Source of the DNA: an uncultured Alphaproteobacteria bacterium
GTDB taxonomy: Bacteria > Pseudomonadota > Alphaproteobacteria > Rhizobiales > Xanthobacteraceae
Direction of reading: 5' to 3'
DNA: 64,000 bases
Assembly: GCA_963727325.1 (NCBI GenBank)
Contig: CAVSFV010000033.1
Coordinates: 148,687-212,686, forward strand
In this document: one piece after another, positions 45,513 through 57,777 of the stretch
Numbering within the stretch: position 1 is the stretch's first letter
Layout of the letters: each line of letters begins with the position of its first letter
Made by a program: the position numbers and the translations under genes
Notes under the pieces: generated by a model
Told to the model about the DNA's origin: nothing
What the model saw: only the letters and a program-made list of their open reading frames with translations
The model's database searches: none

Positions 45513-47717
45513 TTAAGCCGCTGGCGCTAAGCGATCCAGGCTTATCCGGCGATTCCGGCCGCCGCCGGCGCGACGTACCGGCCTGCCGGCTTTGCCAGGA
45601 GCCCGCCCCGCCGCCTTGAACGCCGCTAACAGCGCGCGCTGCAGCGCAGCAAGATCGTAGGGTTTCCGCAGCACTTCGAAGCCCTCGCGCACCGCGTCCT
45701 GTGCGCTCGAACTATAGCCGGTCGTCAACAGCACCACGATGCGCGGCAGGCGTGAGCGCAAGAGCTTCGCCAGATCGAGCCCGTTCAGACCGCCGGGCAT
45801 CAAAATGTCGGAGAACACCAGATCGATATCGTCTTCGCGTTCGATGCGCTCGAGGCCGTCTTGTGCGCTCATCGCCTCCTTCACCTTAAAGCCGAGATCG
45901 GTGAAGTAGCCGCGCGCAACCTCAAGCACTTCGGCATTGTCTTCGACCAGCAACACTGTGCCGGCCGGCAACCCTGCCGCGATGGTGGGTGACGGTTCCG
46001 GCAACTGTTCCAGCATTTCGAAGCAGCGCGGCAAGAACAGCGTGATGGCCGTACCGCGCTTGCTGCTGCTGGCGATGCTAGCAGTGCCACCCGATTGTTT
46101 GGCGAACCCGTAGACCTGAGACAGCCCCAAGCCGGTGCCTTTGCCGACATCTTTGGTGGTGAAAAACGGTTCGAAGACCCGCGGCAGCACATCCGGCGGG
46201 ATGCCCTCCCCGGTGTCCGCGATTCTGATGGCGACGAACTCGCCGCTCAAGCCGTCCTCGGTCGCGTTACCGCGCAGTACGATGGGCTTGGTCGTGATGG
46301 TCAATGTGCCGCCTGACGGCATCGCGTCGCGCGCATTAACGGCGAGGTTGAGCAATGCAAGTTCGAGCTCGCTCGGATCTACTTTGACCAGGCATGAGCG
46401 CTTGGAGGGAACCACGCGGATATCGATATCGCCGCGCAGCGAACGGCTGAGCATTTCCTTAAGCTCCGGCAGCCAGGCGGCCAGATCGATGACGCTCGGC
46501 TGCAGCGTCTGCCGCCGCGAGAATGACAACAATTGCCGGGTCAGACTTTCGCCGCGCTGGGTGGCGGTGGTGATGGCGTCCAGGAGCCGCACCTGCTTGT
46601 CGCCGATGACATCCCGCCGCAGCCGGTGGACGCTGCCGCTAACGATCATCAGCAAATTGTTGAAGTCGTGAGCGACGCCGCCGGTCAATTGGCCGATTGC
46701 TTCGAGCCGCTGCGCCTGCCGTAGCGCGCCCTCCGCCACTTCGCGGCGGCCGGCCTCTTCATAAAGCCGCCGTGTGCGGCGCAGCGCCACCCAGAGCACG
46801 GCGAAGATCAGAAGCGTGGCCGGCAGGCCGAAGATCAAATGCACCGCCATGCTCGACAACCACTCGGTGCGCAGCGCCGCAGTGGTCACCCCGGCGAGCG
46901 CGTAGACCGGGAATCCCGGAAGCTTGCGAAAGCCGAAGCGCCGGGAAATGCCATCGATGTCCGAATTGGCGGTGTAGAGGCCGTGGTCGATGCCCTGGGC
47001 GATCGTGCTTCGGAATGTGCTTGCCGGACTAAGCCACCGCGAGCGATCGGCCAGCGCCGGAAAGCGGGCAAGGTATGCGCCGTCTTCGCGGATCAGGGCA
47101 TAGAAGCTGCCCGGCGTCCGGCCGATCAGTTGATAAAAGTCCTCGAAATAAAGCGGCCGCACCGCAACGGCAATGACGCCATTGAATGGACCGTCGGGCG
47201 ATTCCAGGCGATGCGACAGAACAAAGAAATCGCCGCCCATGCCGGGCAGCCCTGGCTCGCGCACATCACTGACATAAGTTCCAGGATCTTCATCGCGCTG
47301 AACCCGGAAATAATTGCGGTCGCTGAAGCCCCTGTCGGCGGGCACGGCAGCGAGCGCGCTCGACACCAACGGCCAGCCGTGACGATCGAGTATCGTAATA
47401 CCCTGCAGCTGCGGCATCGTTGCGACGATGCCGGCGAGGCGTTCGTGCAACCGCGGCTGATCGACGCGAATGTCGTCGTCGGACATGCCGCGCGCGATCT
47501 CGTTGACTTCGGCGAAGGTCCGATCGACCGTTTGCAGAACCTTGAGCGCTTGCTCCTGCATCACGTCGAGCGAACGAACAATACGCTCGTCGGCGACGCC
47601 GTGAATGTCGCGGTAGCCGATCCAGCAGGCGTAAGCGAACATCGCCGCCGGCAAGACCACCGCGGCGACCATCATCGATTGCAGCAAGCGAGTGGCCGAG
47701 TCCCGTGCGCTGCTCAT
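45513..47717 (-). CDS. Hybrid sensor histidine kinase/response regulator with a periplasmic Cache-like domain.
   Basis: ATG at 47717. A TM segment, a ~280-aa sensor region and a second TM segment. H-box LTGGVAHDFNNLL; HATPase (NLAVNARDAMP..GGTLTI, DTGEGI, GTGLGLSQVYGF); C-terminal receiver VLLVEDN...DLVFSDILMPG...LRKPY. Confidence 0.9.
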   Translation of the reverse strand: MSSARDSATRLLQSMMVAAVVLPAAMFAYACWIGYRDIHGVADERIVRSLDVMQEQALKVLQTVDRTFAEVNEIARGMSDDDIRVDQPRLHERLAGIVATMPQLQGITILDRHGWPLVSSALAAVPADRGFSDRNYFRVQRDEDPGTYVSDVREPGLPGMGGDFFVLSHRLESPDGPFNGVIAVAVRPLYFEDFYQLIGRTPGSFYALIREDGAYLARFPALADRSRWLSPASTFRSTIAQGIDHGLYTANSDIDGISRRFGFRKLPGFPVYALAGVTTAALRTEWLSSMAVHLIFGLPATLLIFAVLWVALRRTRRLYEEAGRREVAEGALRQAQRLEAIGQLTGGVAHDFNNLLMIVSGSVHRLRRDVIGDKQVRLLDAITTATQRGESLTRQLLSFSRRQTLQPSVIDLAAWLPELKEMLSRSLRGDIDIRVVPSKRSCLVKVDPSELELALLNLAVNARDAMPSGGTLTITTKPIVLRGNATEDGLSGEFVAIRIADTGEGIPPDVLPRVFEPFFTTKDVGKGTGLGLSQVYGFAKQSGGTASIASSSKRGTAITLFLPRCFEMLEQLPEPSPTIAAGLPAGTVLLVEDNAEVLEVARGYFTDLGFKVKEAMSAQDGLERIEREDDIDLVFSDILMPGGLNGLDLAKLLRSRLPRIVVLLTTGYSSSAQDAVREGFEVLRKPYDLAALQRALLAAFKAAGRAPGKAGRPVRRAGGGRNRRISLDRLAPAA

Positions 47718-48048
47718 CAACTGCCAAGCCCCGGGTGGTTGAGCCAAACTCCGGCGATTTAGCGGTATCGGAGTGTTCCACAGTTTGACGGGATGAACGA
47801 GGCATGAATTTGCCGCGCGCGATTGCAATTTCGTGAGGGCATTGCCACGCCGAGGCCCGAAAACGGCCGTATTTACGGTCCGGTGAGGCGGGCGCGCTTG
47901 GTCTTATCCGTCTCCGCATTGCTCTGGCACCCGCGGCTGGATGCCGATTTGGCGCACCGCTGGCTGCTCGGGTACGTTCGGGGGGTTTGCGCGGAGCACC
48001 TCGTTCTGTCGCATCAGCCCGCTTGATGGCGACTGGCCGGCGCGGCGC

Positions 48049-48468
48049 TCACTCCGGCTTGAAGTTCATCGCCACGCCGTTGATGCAATAGCGCAGATGC
48101 GTCGGCGGCGGCCCGTCGTCGAAGACGTGACCGAGATGACTGCCGCAGCGGCTGCAATGCACCTCGATGCGGACCATGCCGTAGCTGTCGTCGCTCGAGG
48201 TTTCGACCGCGCCCGGCTCCGGATCGTTGAAGCTCGGCCAGCCGGTGCCGCTCTCGAACTTCTTTTTGGAAGCGAACAGTTCTTGCCCGCAGCCGGCGCA
48301 GTAAAATGTACCGGCACGCTTCTCGTAATTCAGCGCACAACTTCCCGGCGCCTCGGTGCCATGCGCGCGCATGACGCGGAACTGTTCCGGCGTCAAAATC
48401 TTGCGCCATTCCGCGTCGGTGTGGGTGACCGGATATCGTTTGGTGTCCGCTACCGTCTTGGTGTCCAT
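48049..48468 (-). CDS. msrB: Peptide-methionine (R)-S-oxide reductase.
   Basis: YCAGCGQELFASKKKFESGTGWPSF...IEVHCSRCGSHLGHVFDDGPPPT.LRYCIN are canonical MsrB motifs with both CxxC pairs. Confidence 0.95.
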   Translation of the reverse strand: MDTKTVADTKRYPVTHTDAEWRKILTPEQFRVMRAHGTEAPGSCALNYEKRAGTFYCAGCGQELFASKKKFESGTGWPSFNDPEPGAVETSSDDSYGMVRIEVHCSRCGSHLGHVFDDGPPPTHLRYCINGVAMNFKPE

Positions 48469-48774
48469 AGCTGCGCCGCCTGTTCGCTGATGATCGTCAC
48501 ATCAGCACGGTGAAATAATGACGATGATACGCTCGTGCCAAGCGTCACACACCAGAGGTCCAAGCAAATCACTGTGAATTTTTGCGATATTCTCGTCATG
48601 CGGCGACGCCCGCCGGCAGAAAATCGACCAGTCTGGGAGCATCGGGCGAGACCATCGAACTAGTTTATGGGCGGACAGTGCGCGCCGGCGTGTTGAGCAT
48701 CAGTGCCACCGCCCAACATGAGGCCTGCCGATCACGCCCGCGGCTTAAGCCCCGCCAGCCGGAATGGGAACCCG

Positions 48775-49311
48775 TCACGGCAGCTTGTCGAAACCCTCGC
48801 CGAAGCCCTTCAAGCTCATCGGGAAGCCGATGCCTTCCTCCGGCGTCTGGAAAATGATGAAGGTCGAGGTCTGGCCGTTGCGCAACTGATCGATCAGCTT
48901 GTCGTCCATGACCACCTCGGCTACGCAGCCGTTCGGCAGGCAGCGCACGAAGCCGGCACGGCCGACATCGTTGTTGTCGATCTTCAGGCCCAGACCCGAC
49001 GGCAGCAACACGCCGAGCGGGGCGACCACCCGCATCAGCCGGCTCTTCTGGTCGGTGGTCTTGAGCACGATCACGGTCAGTCCGACGTTCGGCCGGTCCT
49101 CCGCCGTGACGCTTTGCATCAGCGCGCATTGCTCGCTCTGCGCCCCCGGCGGCGTGTCGCAGCGGATTTGCCAATCGCCATGAACCGCGCGGACGGCGCC
49201 TTGCGCGTGCGCTTGGCTCACCCCCGCCGAGAGCAACAGCGTTGCGATAGCGGCGCCGCCGAACGCCGTGGCCATTGGCCGCAGCGCGCGTTCGACAATG
49301 CGAAAGGCCAT
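48775..49311 (-). CDS. Invasion-associated locus B (IalB) family protein.
   Basis: Signal peptide, then GDWQIRCDTPPGAQSEQCALMQSV...RCLPNGCVAEV, the IalB pattern. Confidence 0.85.
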   Translation of the reverse strand: MAFRIVERALRPMATAFGGAAIATLLLSAGVSQAHAQGAVRAVHGDWQIRCDTPPGAQSEQCALMQSVTAEDRPNVGLTVIVLKTTDQKSRLMRVVAPLGVLLPSGLGLKIDNNDVGRAGFVRCLPNGCVAEVVMDDKLIDQLRNGQTSTFIIFQTPEEGIGFPMSLKGFGEGFDKLP

Positions 49312-49773
49312 GATCGTCTTCCCTTGCCTGCCCTCGGCCGCACCGCCCCGCTGCCGGCCTCGTCATTCGGCACGAATCAGTGAGCCCGCGCCGGTTGCCG
49401 CGCGGGCCTGCCTACATGGCGAGCCTACGCTGTCAAGGTCGATGGAAACCAAGCCATTGTGGCCGCGCGAAGGAAGCGAAATTGCCACGCCCGGTGGCCT
49501 TCGGATGCGCTGCGGATAGACCCGCGCGGATGATGAAGAGTGCATTGCGGTACAGCGCGATTTGTGGTTTGAGGGGTTTGACCCCCGCCGATGCCCGTCA
49601 AGGACCAGACCGTGGCACAAACCAGTCGGCAGCAGGCAGCGTCGGGCCGGCGCCGTCGCGCTGCAGACACGCATTTCTTGCATGTTTCGGATCGCGCGGC
49701 GCCGCTTGGCGAAGCCCGATAACGAGACGCGACTGAACGAGACCTGACTGAAGGACGAGGAGCCGAGAAGCAG

Positions 49774-50622
49774 ATGCCGCAGTTCTCACGCCTGAGTGCC
49801 ATCGCGTTGACCCTGGGCGCCGTCCTGGCGAGCGTGGGATCAGCGCTCGCCGGTGTCGGCCAGCCCTCGCCGTGGCAGCTTGGCCTGCAGGAAGCCTCCT
49901 CCCCCGTCATGGTCGACATTGTGTGGTTTCACGACTTCCTGCTCTGGATCATCAGCGCCATTGCCCTGTTCATTCTGGTTCTGCTGGCGATCGTGGTGCT
50001 GCGTTTCAATGCGCGCGCCAATCCGACGCCGTCCCGCACCACGCACAATTCGCTGCTTGAAGTCGCCTGGACTATCGTACCGGTCGTCATCCTTGTGGCG
50101 ATTGCGGTTCCCTCGTTCCGGCTCCTGTTTCTGGAGCTCGACGAGCCGACCGCGGACCTGACCGTGAAGGCTACCGGGAAGCAATGGTTCTGGAGCTACA
50201 GTTATCCGGATAACGGCGACTTCGAGTTCGACTCGCTGCTGGTGGCCGATAAGGACCTCAAGCCCGGCCAGCCGCGGCTCCTCACCGTCGACAATGAATT
50301 GGTCGTGCCGGTTAATAAGGTCGTCCATGTGCTGGTCACCGGCGCCGACGTCATCCACTCCTTCGCGGTGCCGTCGTTCGGCATCAAGATCGACGCGGTT
50401 CCGGGCCGTCTCAACGACACCTGGTTCAAGGCGACGAGCGAGGGCCTGTTTCACGGCCAGTGCTCCGAGCTGTGCGGCAAGGACCACGCCTTCATGCCGA
50501 TCACGGTCAAGGTCGTGAGCGAGACCGAGTTCAACGACTGGGTCGCCAAGGAGAAGAAGAGCGCCGGTCTCGACCGCGCGCCGCCAACCGCACTCGCGGC
50601 GAGCGGCGCACCGCCGCGATAG
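49774..50622 (+). CDS. coxB: aa3-type cytochrome c oxidase subunit II.
   Basis: Two TM helices and the CuA site VIHSFAVPSFGIKIDAVPGRLN...GQCSELCGKDHAFMP. Confidence 0.95.
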   Translation: MPQFSRLSAIALTLGAVLASVGSALAGVGQPSPWQLGLQEASSPVMVDIVWFHDFLLWIISAIALFILVLLAIVVLRFNARANPTPSRTTHNSLLEVAWTIVPVVILVAIAVPSFRLLFLELDEPTADLTVKATGKQWFWSYSYPDNGDFEFDSLLVADKDLKPGQPRLLTVDNELVVPVNKVVHVLVTGADVIHSFAVPSFGIKIDAVPGRLNDTWFKATSEGLFHGQCSELCGKDHAFMPITVKVVSETEFNDWVAKEKKSAGLDRAPPTALAASGAPPR

Positions 50623-50635
50623 ACTCACGCGATAA

Positions 50636-53195
<2,560 letters not shown>

Positions 53196-53199
<4 letters not shown>

Positions 53200-53378
53200 T
53201 GACGGGCGCAGTTATGAATGAAGAGACGCCGGAACCCGGCATCAGATTGACGGAACAGCAATTGCGCGCCCGGCGCGCCCGCTCGATCGCGATCGCGGTC
53301 TCGCTTGGCGTGCTGGTGGTGCTGTTCTACATCGTGACGCTGGTGAAAGGACCGGGAGTGCTGGTCCGTCCGCTATGA
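53196..53378 (+). CDS. Small membrane protein of the cox cluster (CoxF-like).
   Basis: 60-aa ORF, translationally coupled at both ends (ATGA overlaps), with one predicted TM helix ([20 protein letters not shown]). Its position matches the small ORF found in Bradyrhizobium-type cox clusters. Confidence 0.6.
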
Positions 53379-53995
53379 ACAAACAGGCGATGAGCACTGA
53401 AACACCGCAGACGTCGCCGAAGCTCCGCCGCGACGTGATCGTCGCGTTCTGCTGCGGCGGACTGGTGGCGTCGATGGTTGGGCTGTCGTTCGCAGCGGTG
53501 CCGTTCTATTCATGGTTTTGCCGCACCACCGGCTACGGCGGCACAACCCAGGTGGCCAAGGCCGCGCCGGCGCAAACTTCCGACCGGACTATCACGGTGC
53601 GCTTCGACTCCAATGTCGCCGCCGGCCTGCCGTGGCGATTCGATCCCGAACGCAGAACCATTGACGTCAAGCTTGGCCAAGTCGTCACGGTCTACTATGC
53701 CGTCACCAACGAGGCCGCACGCGTTACCGCGGGGCAGGCTGGTTACAACGTCAGTCCGTCGACCACCGGCGCCTACTTCGAGAAGATCAACTGTTTCTGT
53801 TTCACCGAACAGACCATGAAGCCGGGTGAGAAGCGCGACATGGCGGTGGTGTTTTACGTGGATCCGAAGCTCGCCGACGATGCCGAGCTGGATAGTGTCA
53901 AACTCATCACGCTCTCCTATACCTTCTATCCGGTGCGCGTGCCGGATCAGGCGGCGGCGGAGGGGGAAACACCGGCAAAGTCCGGCCGTATCTAG
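53375..53995 (+). CDS. ctaG: Cytochrome c oxidase assembly protein CtaG/Cox11.
   Basis: [21 protein letters not shown]...[13 protein letters not shown] are Cox11 hallmarks. Confidence 0.9.
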   Translation: MNKQAMSTETPQTSPKLRRDVIVAFCCGGLVASMVGLSFAAVPFYSWFCRTTGYGGTTQVAKAAPAQTSDRTITVRFDSNVAAGLPWRFDPERRTIDVKLGQVVTVYYAVTNEAARVTAGQAGYNVSPSTTGAYFEKINCFCFTEQTMKPGEKRDMAVVFYVDPKLADDAELDSVKLITLSYTFYPVRVPDQAAAEGETPAKSGRI

Positions 53996-54051
53996 AGGCA
54001 ACAAAGCGGCGCGGCCCTTCTTCGGGTCGCGCCAACGTGGAGAAGACGACG

Positions 54052-54903
54052 ATGGCCGATGCCGCACACGCCAAACCGCACCACGACTACCACCTGGTCA
54101 ATCCCAGTCCGTGGCCGGCGGTGGGCGCCACTTCGGCATTCATCACCGCCTTCGGGCTGATCTTGTGGATGCATCATATCGTCGCTTACGCACCGATTAT
54201 TCTCGGCGTCGGTGGCATCGGCGTCGCCTATACCATGATCGGCTGGTGGCGTGACGTCATCTACGAAGCCGAAGTCGAGCATGACCACACCCGCGTGGTG
54301 CAGATCTCGCACCGCTACGGGATGATCCTGTTCATCGCTTCTGAAGTCATGTTCTTCGTCGCCTGGTTCTGGGCTTACTTCAACACCGCCCTGTTCCCGG
54401 CGGAGCTGAAAGACGTGGCGCGGACCGCGTTCCTCGGCGGCGTGTGGCCGCCAAAAGACATTCACACTTTTGATCCGTGGCACTTGCCGCTTCTGAACAC
54501 GCTGATCCTGCTCACCTCCGGTACGACGGTGACCTGGGCGCATCACGCGCTGCTCGAGAACAACCGCAAGGGGCTGATCTGGGGCCTCATCTGCACCATC
54601 GCGCTCGGCCTGACCTTCAGCTGCGTGCAGGCTTACGAGTACGCGCATGCCGCGTTCCACTATTCGGGCAACATCTATGGCGCCACGTTCTTCATGGCCA
54701 CCGGATTTCATGGCGCGCACGTCATCATCGGCTCAATCTTCCTGATCGTCTGCCTGTTCCGCGCGATCGCCGGCCAATTCACGCCGACCCAACACCTCGG
54801 CTTTGAATTCGCGGCCTGGTACTGGCACTTCGTCGACGTAGTGTGGCTGTTTCTGTTCGCCTGTATCTACGTCTGGGGCTCCGGCGTACCGTTGCCGGAA
54901 TAG
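54052..54903 (+). CDS. coxC: Cytochrome c oxidase subunit III.
   Basis: ATG at 54052 after [60 protein letters not shown]. Confidence 0.95.
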   Translation: MADAAHAKPHHDYHLVNPSPWPAVGATSAFITAFGLILWMHHIVAYAPIILGVGGIGVAYTMIGWWRDVIYEAEVEHDHTRVVQISHRYGMILFIASEVMFFVAWFWAYFNTALFPAELKDVARTAFLGGVWPPKDIHTFDPWHLPLLNTLILLTSGTTVTWAHHALLENNRKGLIWGLICTIALGLTFSCVQAYEYAHAAFHYSGNIYGATFFMATGFHGAHVIIGSIFLIVCLFRAIAGQFTPTQHLGFEFAAWYWHFVDVVWLFLFACIYVWGSGVPLPE

Positions 54904-54930
54904 CGCCGCAGGTAACGATTCGTCCGCACA

Positions 54931-54994
54931 TTCCCGCCTAAGCGGGAATAAAAAGCGGAAGATTAAAGACTGAGTTCCCCGCTGAAGCGGGGAA
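54931..54994. repeat. Two related short stem-loops, TTCCCGC-CTAA-GCGGGAA and TTCCCCGC-TGAA-GCGGGGAA, downstream of coxC. A third GCCGG/CCGGC hairpin follows.
   Basis: Stems at 54931-54937/54942-54948 and 54975-54982/54987-54994, each with a 4-nt loop. Confidence 0.5.
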
Positions 54995-55032
54995 GAGCGG
55001 CCGGGCGAAAGCAAACCGGCCGGAAAGCGCCT

Positions 55033-55419
55033 ATGACCGAAAAGACGATCGACACGCTACCAGGATCGGTCCTCGCCGGATTGCTGTGCGCCTGTCCGCG
55101 TTGCGGCAAGGGCAAGCTGTTCAGCGGATTTTTGACCTTGCGGCCGCGCTGCGAGGTTTGCGGCCTTGACTACGGCTTCGCCGATGCCGGCGACGGGCCC
55201 GCCGTCTTCATTATCCTCTTTGCCGGCTTCGTCGTCGTCGTCGCCGCACTGATCACCGAGGTTGTCTACCGACCGCCGTTCTGGGTGCACGCAGCGCTGT
55301 GGCTGCCGCTCATTCTCATTGTCACGCTTGGTCCGCTGCGGTCGATGAAAGGACTTCTGATCGCCCTGCAATACCATCACAAGGCCGCTGAGAGCCGCTT
55401 CGGCGCCGGCGAACCGTGA
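55033..55419 (+). CDS. DUF983 domain protein.
   Basis: CPRCGKGKLFSGFLTLRPRCEVCGLDY zinc-ribbon-like motif followed by TM helices. Confidence 0.8.
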   Translation: MTEKTIDTLPGSVLAGLLCACPRCGKGKLFSGFLTLRPRCEVCGLDYGFADAGDGPAVFIILFAGFVVVVAALITEVVYRPPFWVHAALWLPLILIVTLGPLRSMKGLLIALQYHHKAAESRFGAGEP

Positions 55420-56204
55420 GCGCGCCAACAGTAACGAAAATAAAAGCGCGGCGTTCGTGGCGGAGCCTGCTGGTTCCGGCGGTGCTCGCCTTCGCCGTTC
55501 TGGTTGCACTCGGCACCTGGCAAATCCAGCGCAAAGCCTGGAAAGAACAATTGATCGCGACGCTGACCGAGCGGCTGCAAGCGCCACCGATACCGTTGCC
55601 ACCTTCCGCGACCTGGCCGGCCCTCGATCAGGCTGACAACGAATACCGGCGCGTGGCATTCAAAGCCGAGTTCGAGACCGCCAAAGAGGCGCTCATCTTC
55701 GCGGCCGCATCCGCCTTTCGCCCGGACGTAAAAGGTCAGGGCTTTTGGATATTCACCCCAGCCCGGCTTGTCGACGGCCGTGTCGTCGTCGTGAACCGCG
55801 GCTTTGCGCCGGTTTCGGAGGCAAAGGCGCTGCCGAGCCGGCCGAACCCGGGGATCGTCGAGATCGCAGGGACAATACGTTGGCCGGAAGCATCGCATTG
55901 GTTCACGCCCAAGGCCAACCCGGCTGAAAACCTTTGGTTCGTTCGCGACCCGGCACAAATCGCAGCCGTGAAGGGCTGGGGCCCCGTTGCTCCGTTCTAT
56001 GTGGAACAGGAATCGCCGGTGCCGCCTGGGGGATGGCCGCAGCCCGGCAAGCTCGTCCCAAGCCTGCCGGACAACCACCTGCAATACGCCGTGACCTGGT
56101 ACGGCCTGGCGCTCGTCCTAGCCGTCTTCTTCGTCGTCTGGGTGGTAAAATCCCGCGGCGAGGCCGGCGTGGCGGGTCGGGCCGACGGCAGGACGCGGCC
56201 TTAA
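55416..56204 (+). CDS. SURF1 family cytochrome oxidase biogenesis protein.
   Basis: LGTWQIQRKAWKEQLI..., ...VVVVNRGFAP..., NHLQYAVTWYGLALVL. Confidence 0.9.
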   Translation: MSAPTVTKIKARRSWRSLLVPAVLAFAVLVALGTWQIQRKAWKEQLIATLTERLQAPPIPLPPSATWPALDQADNEYRRVAFKAEFETAKEALIFAAASAFRPDVKGQGFWIFTPARLVDGRVVVVNRGFAPVSEAKALPSRPNPGIVEIAGTIRWPEASHWFTPKANPAENLWFVRDPAQIAAVKGWGPVAPFYVEQESPVPPGGWPQPGKLVPSLPDNHLQYAVTWYGLALVLAVFFVVWVVKSRGEAGVAGRADGRTRP

Positions 56205-56361
56205 TAACGACCTTTCGTCTTCCTTGTGAAACACACTACCCTTCTATAATTGTGGCCTTGGTCCGGGACGGGCGGCGGCGTGCTTCCTGTAGAAAATATC
56301 TCGGAAAATCAATCAATTAAGCGCGTTTCGAGCGGCTCGGGACGTCAAAGGAAGCTGTCGG

Positions 56362-57777
56362 TTGCGTTATATCTCGACCAGGGGCGAGGCCCCGGCACTT
56401 GGATTTGCCGAAGCGATGCTCGCGGGCCTTGCCCGCGACGGCGGTCTTTATGTGCCGGAAACCTGGCCGCAGCTCGATCAGGCATCCATCCTTGGCTTCG
56501 CCGGCCGGCCGTATGCTGAAGTCGCGGTGGAGGTAATCCGGCCGTTTACCGGCGATTCGATCCACGACGCCGATCTCGCCCGGATGGCGCGCGAAGCCTA
56601 CGGCAGTTTCCGCCATCCCGCGGTCGCACCGCTCACCCAACTCGGCGTCAACACCTTCGCACTGGAACTGTTTCACGGCCCGACGCTCGCGTTCAAAGAC
56701 ATTGCGATGCAATTGCTGGCGCGGCTGATGGATCACGCACTGGCCGCACGCGGCGAGCGGCGGACCATCGTGGTCGCTACCTCGGGCGACACCGGCGGCG
56801 CCGCCGTCGAAGCCTTTCGCGATCGCAGTCAGGTTGACTTGATCGTGCTGTTTCCGCAGGGACGGATTTCCGCCGTCCAGCGGCGGATGATGACGACGGC
56901 AGCGGCCGCCAATATCCATACGATCGCCATCGACGGCACCTTCGACGATTGCCAGGCCATCGTGAAAGGCTTGTTCAATCATTCCGCTTTTCGCGACCGG
57001 GTGCGTCTGTCCGGCGTCAACTCGATCAACTGGGCACGCATCGTCGCGCAGGCGGTCTATTATTTCACCGCCGCAGTGGCGCTCGGCGCGCCCCATCGCA
57101 AAGTCGCGTTCACCGTTCCGACCGGAAATTTTGGCGACATCTATGCCGGCTATGTCGCGCAGCGCATGGGATTGCCGATCGAACGGCTGGTGATCGCCAC
57201 CAACGTCAACGACATCCTGGCGCGGACGCTTGCCACTGGAACTTATGAACCGCGCGACGTGGTCCCGACGACGTCGCCGTCGATGGATATCCAGGTGGCG
57301 TCCAACTTCGAACGCTTGCTGTTCGATGCATATGACCGCGACAGCAACACCGTACGCGCGCTGATGGGATCGCTCGCGCAATCGCGGCGGTTCACTCTGT
57401 CGGCGCGGGCGTTGTCACAGATTTGCGCACTGTTTACGGCCGATCGCGCCGGCGAGGAAGAAGTCGCCGCGACCATGCGTACGGTCAAGCGTGAGACCGG
57501 CAATTTCGTCGACCCGCACACTGCGGTCGGCATTGCGGTTGCCGAAAAGGAGCCGCGCAATCCCACCGTACCGATGGTGGTGCTGGCGACCGCCCATCCG
57601 GCCAAATTTCCCGAGGCAGTCGAAGCGGTCTGCGGTCAGCGGCCGCCACTGCCGGAATGGCTTTCAGATCTTAGTCAACGGCCGGAGCGCGTCACGGTGC
57701 TGCCGGCGGATCAGTCTGCGGTCGAGCGTTTTGTCCTCACGACAAGTCGTGCCGCACAGGAAGGAGCGGCGGCATGA
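56362..57777 (+). CDS. thrC: Threonine synthase.
   Basis: TTG start. MRYISTRGEAPALGFAEAMLAGLARDGGLYVP...FHGPTLAFKDIAMQ (PLP lysine)...ATSGDTGGAA. Confidence 0.95.
   Translation: MRYISTRGEAPALGFAEAMLAGLARDGGLYVPETWPQLDQASILGFAGRPYAEVAVEVIRPFTGDSIHDADLARMAREAYGSFRHPAVAPLTQLGVNTFALELFHGPTLAFKDIAMQLLARLMDHALAARGERRTIVVATSGDTGGAAVEAFRDRSQVDLIVLFPQGRISAVQRRMMTTAAAANIHTIAIDGTFDDCQAIVKGLFNHSAFRDRVRLSGVNSINWARIVAQAVYYFTAAVALGAPHRKVAFTVPTGNFGDIYAGYVAQRMGLPIERLVIATNVNDILARTLATGTYEPRDVVPTTSPSMDIQVASNFERLLFDAYDRDSNTVRALMGSLAQSRRFTLSARALSQICALFTADRAGEEEVAATMRTVKRETGNFVDPHTAVGIAVAEKEPRNPTVPMVVLATAHPAKFPEAVEAVCGQRPPLPEWLSDLSQRPERVTVLPADQSAVERFVLTTSRAAQEGAAA

Noticed and set aside
56317-57381. 354-aa ORF antisense to thrC. 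A similar 362-aa antisense ORF lies at 58714..59802, and a 325-aa one at 15409..16386.
   Set aside because: These are shadow ORFs opposite strongly conserved genes (ThrC, the M16 peptidase/GNAT, the cyclase). None has recognisable motifs.
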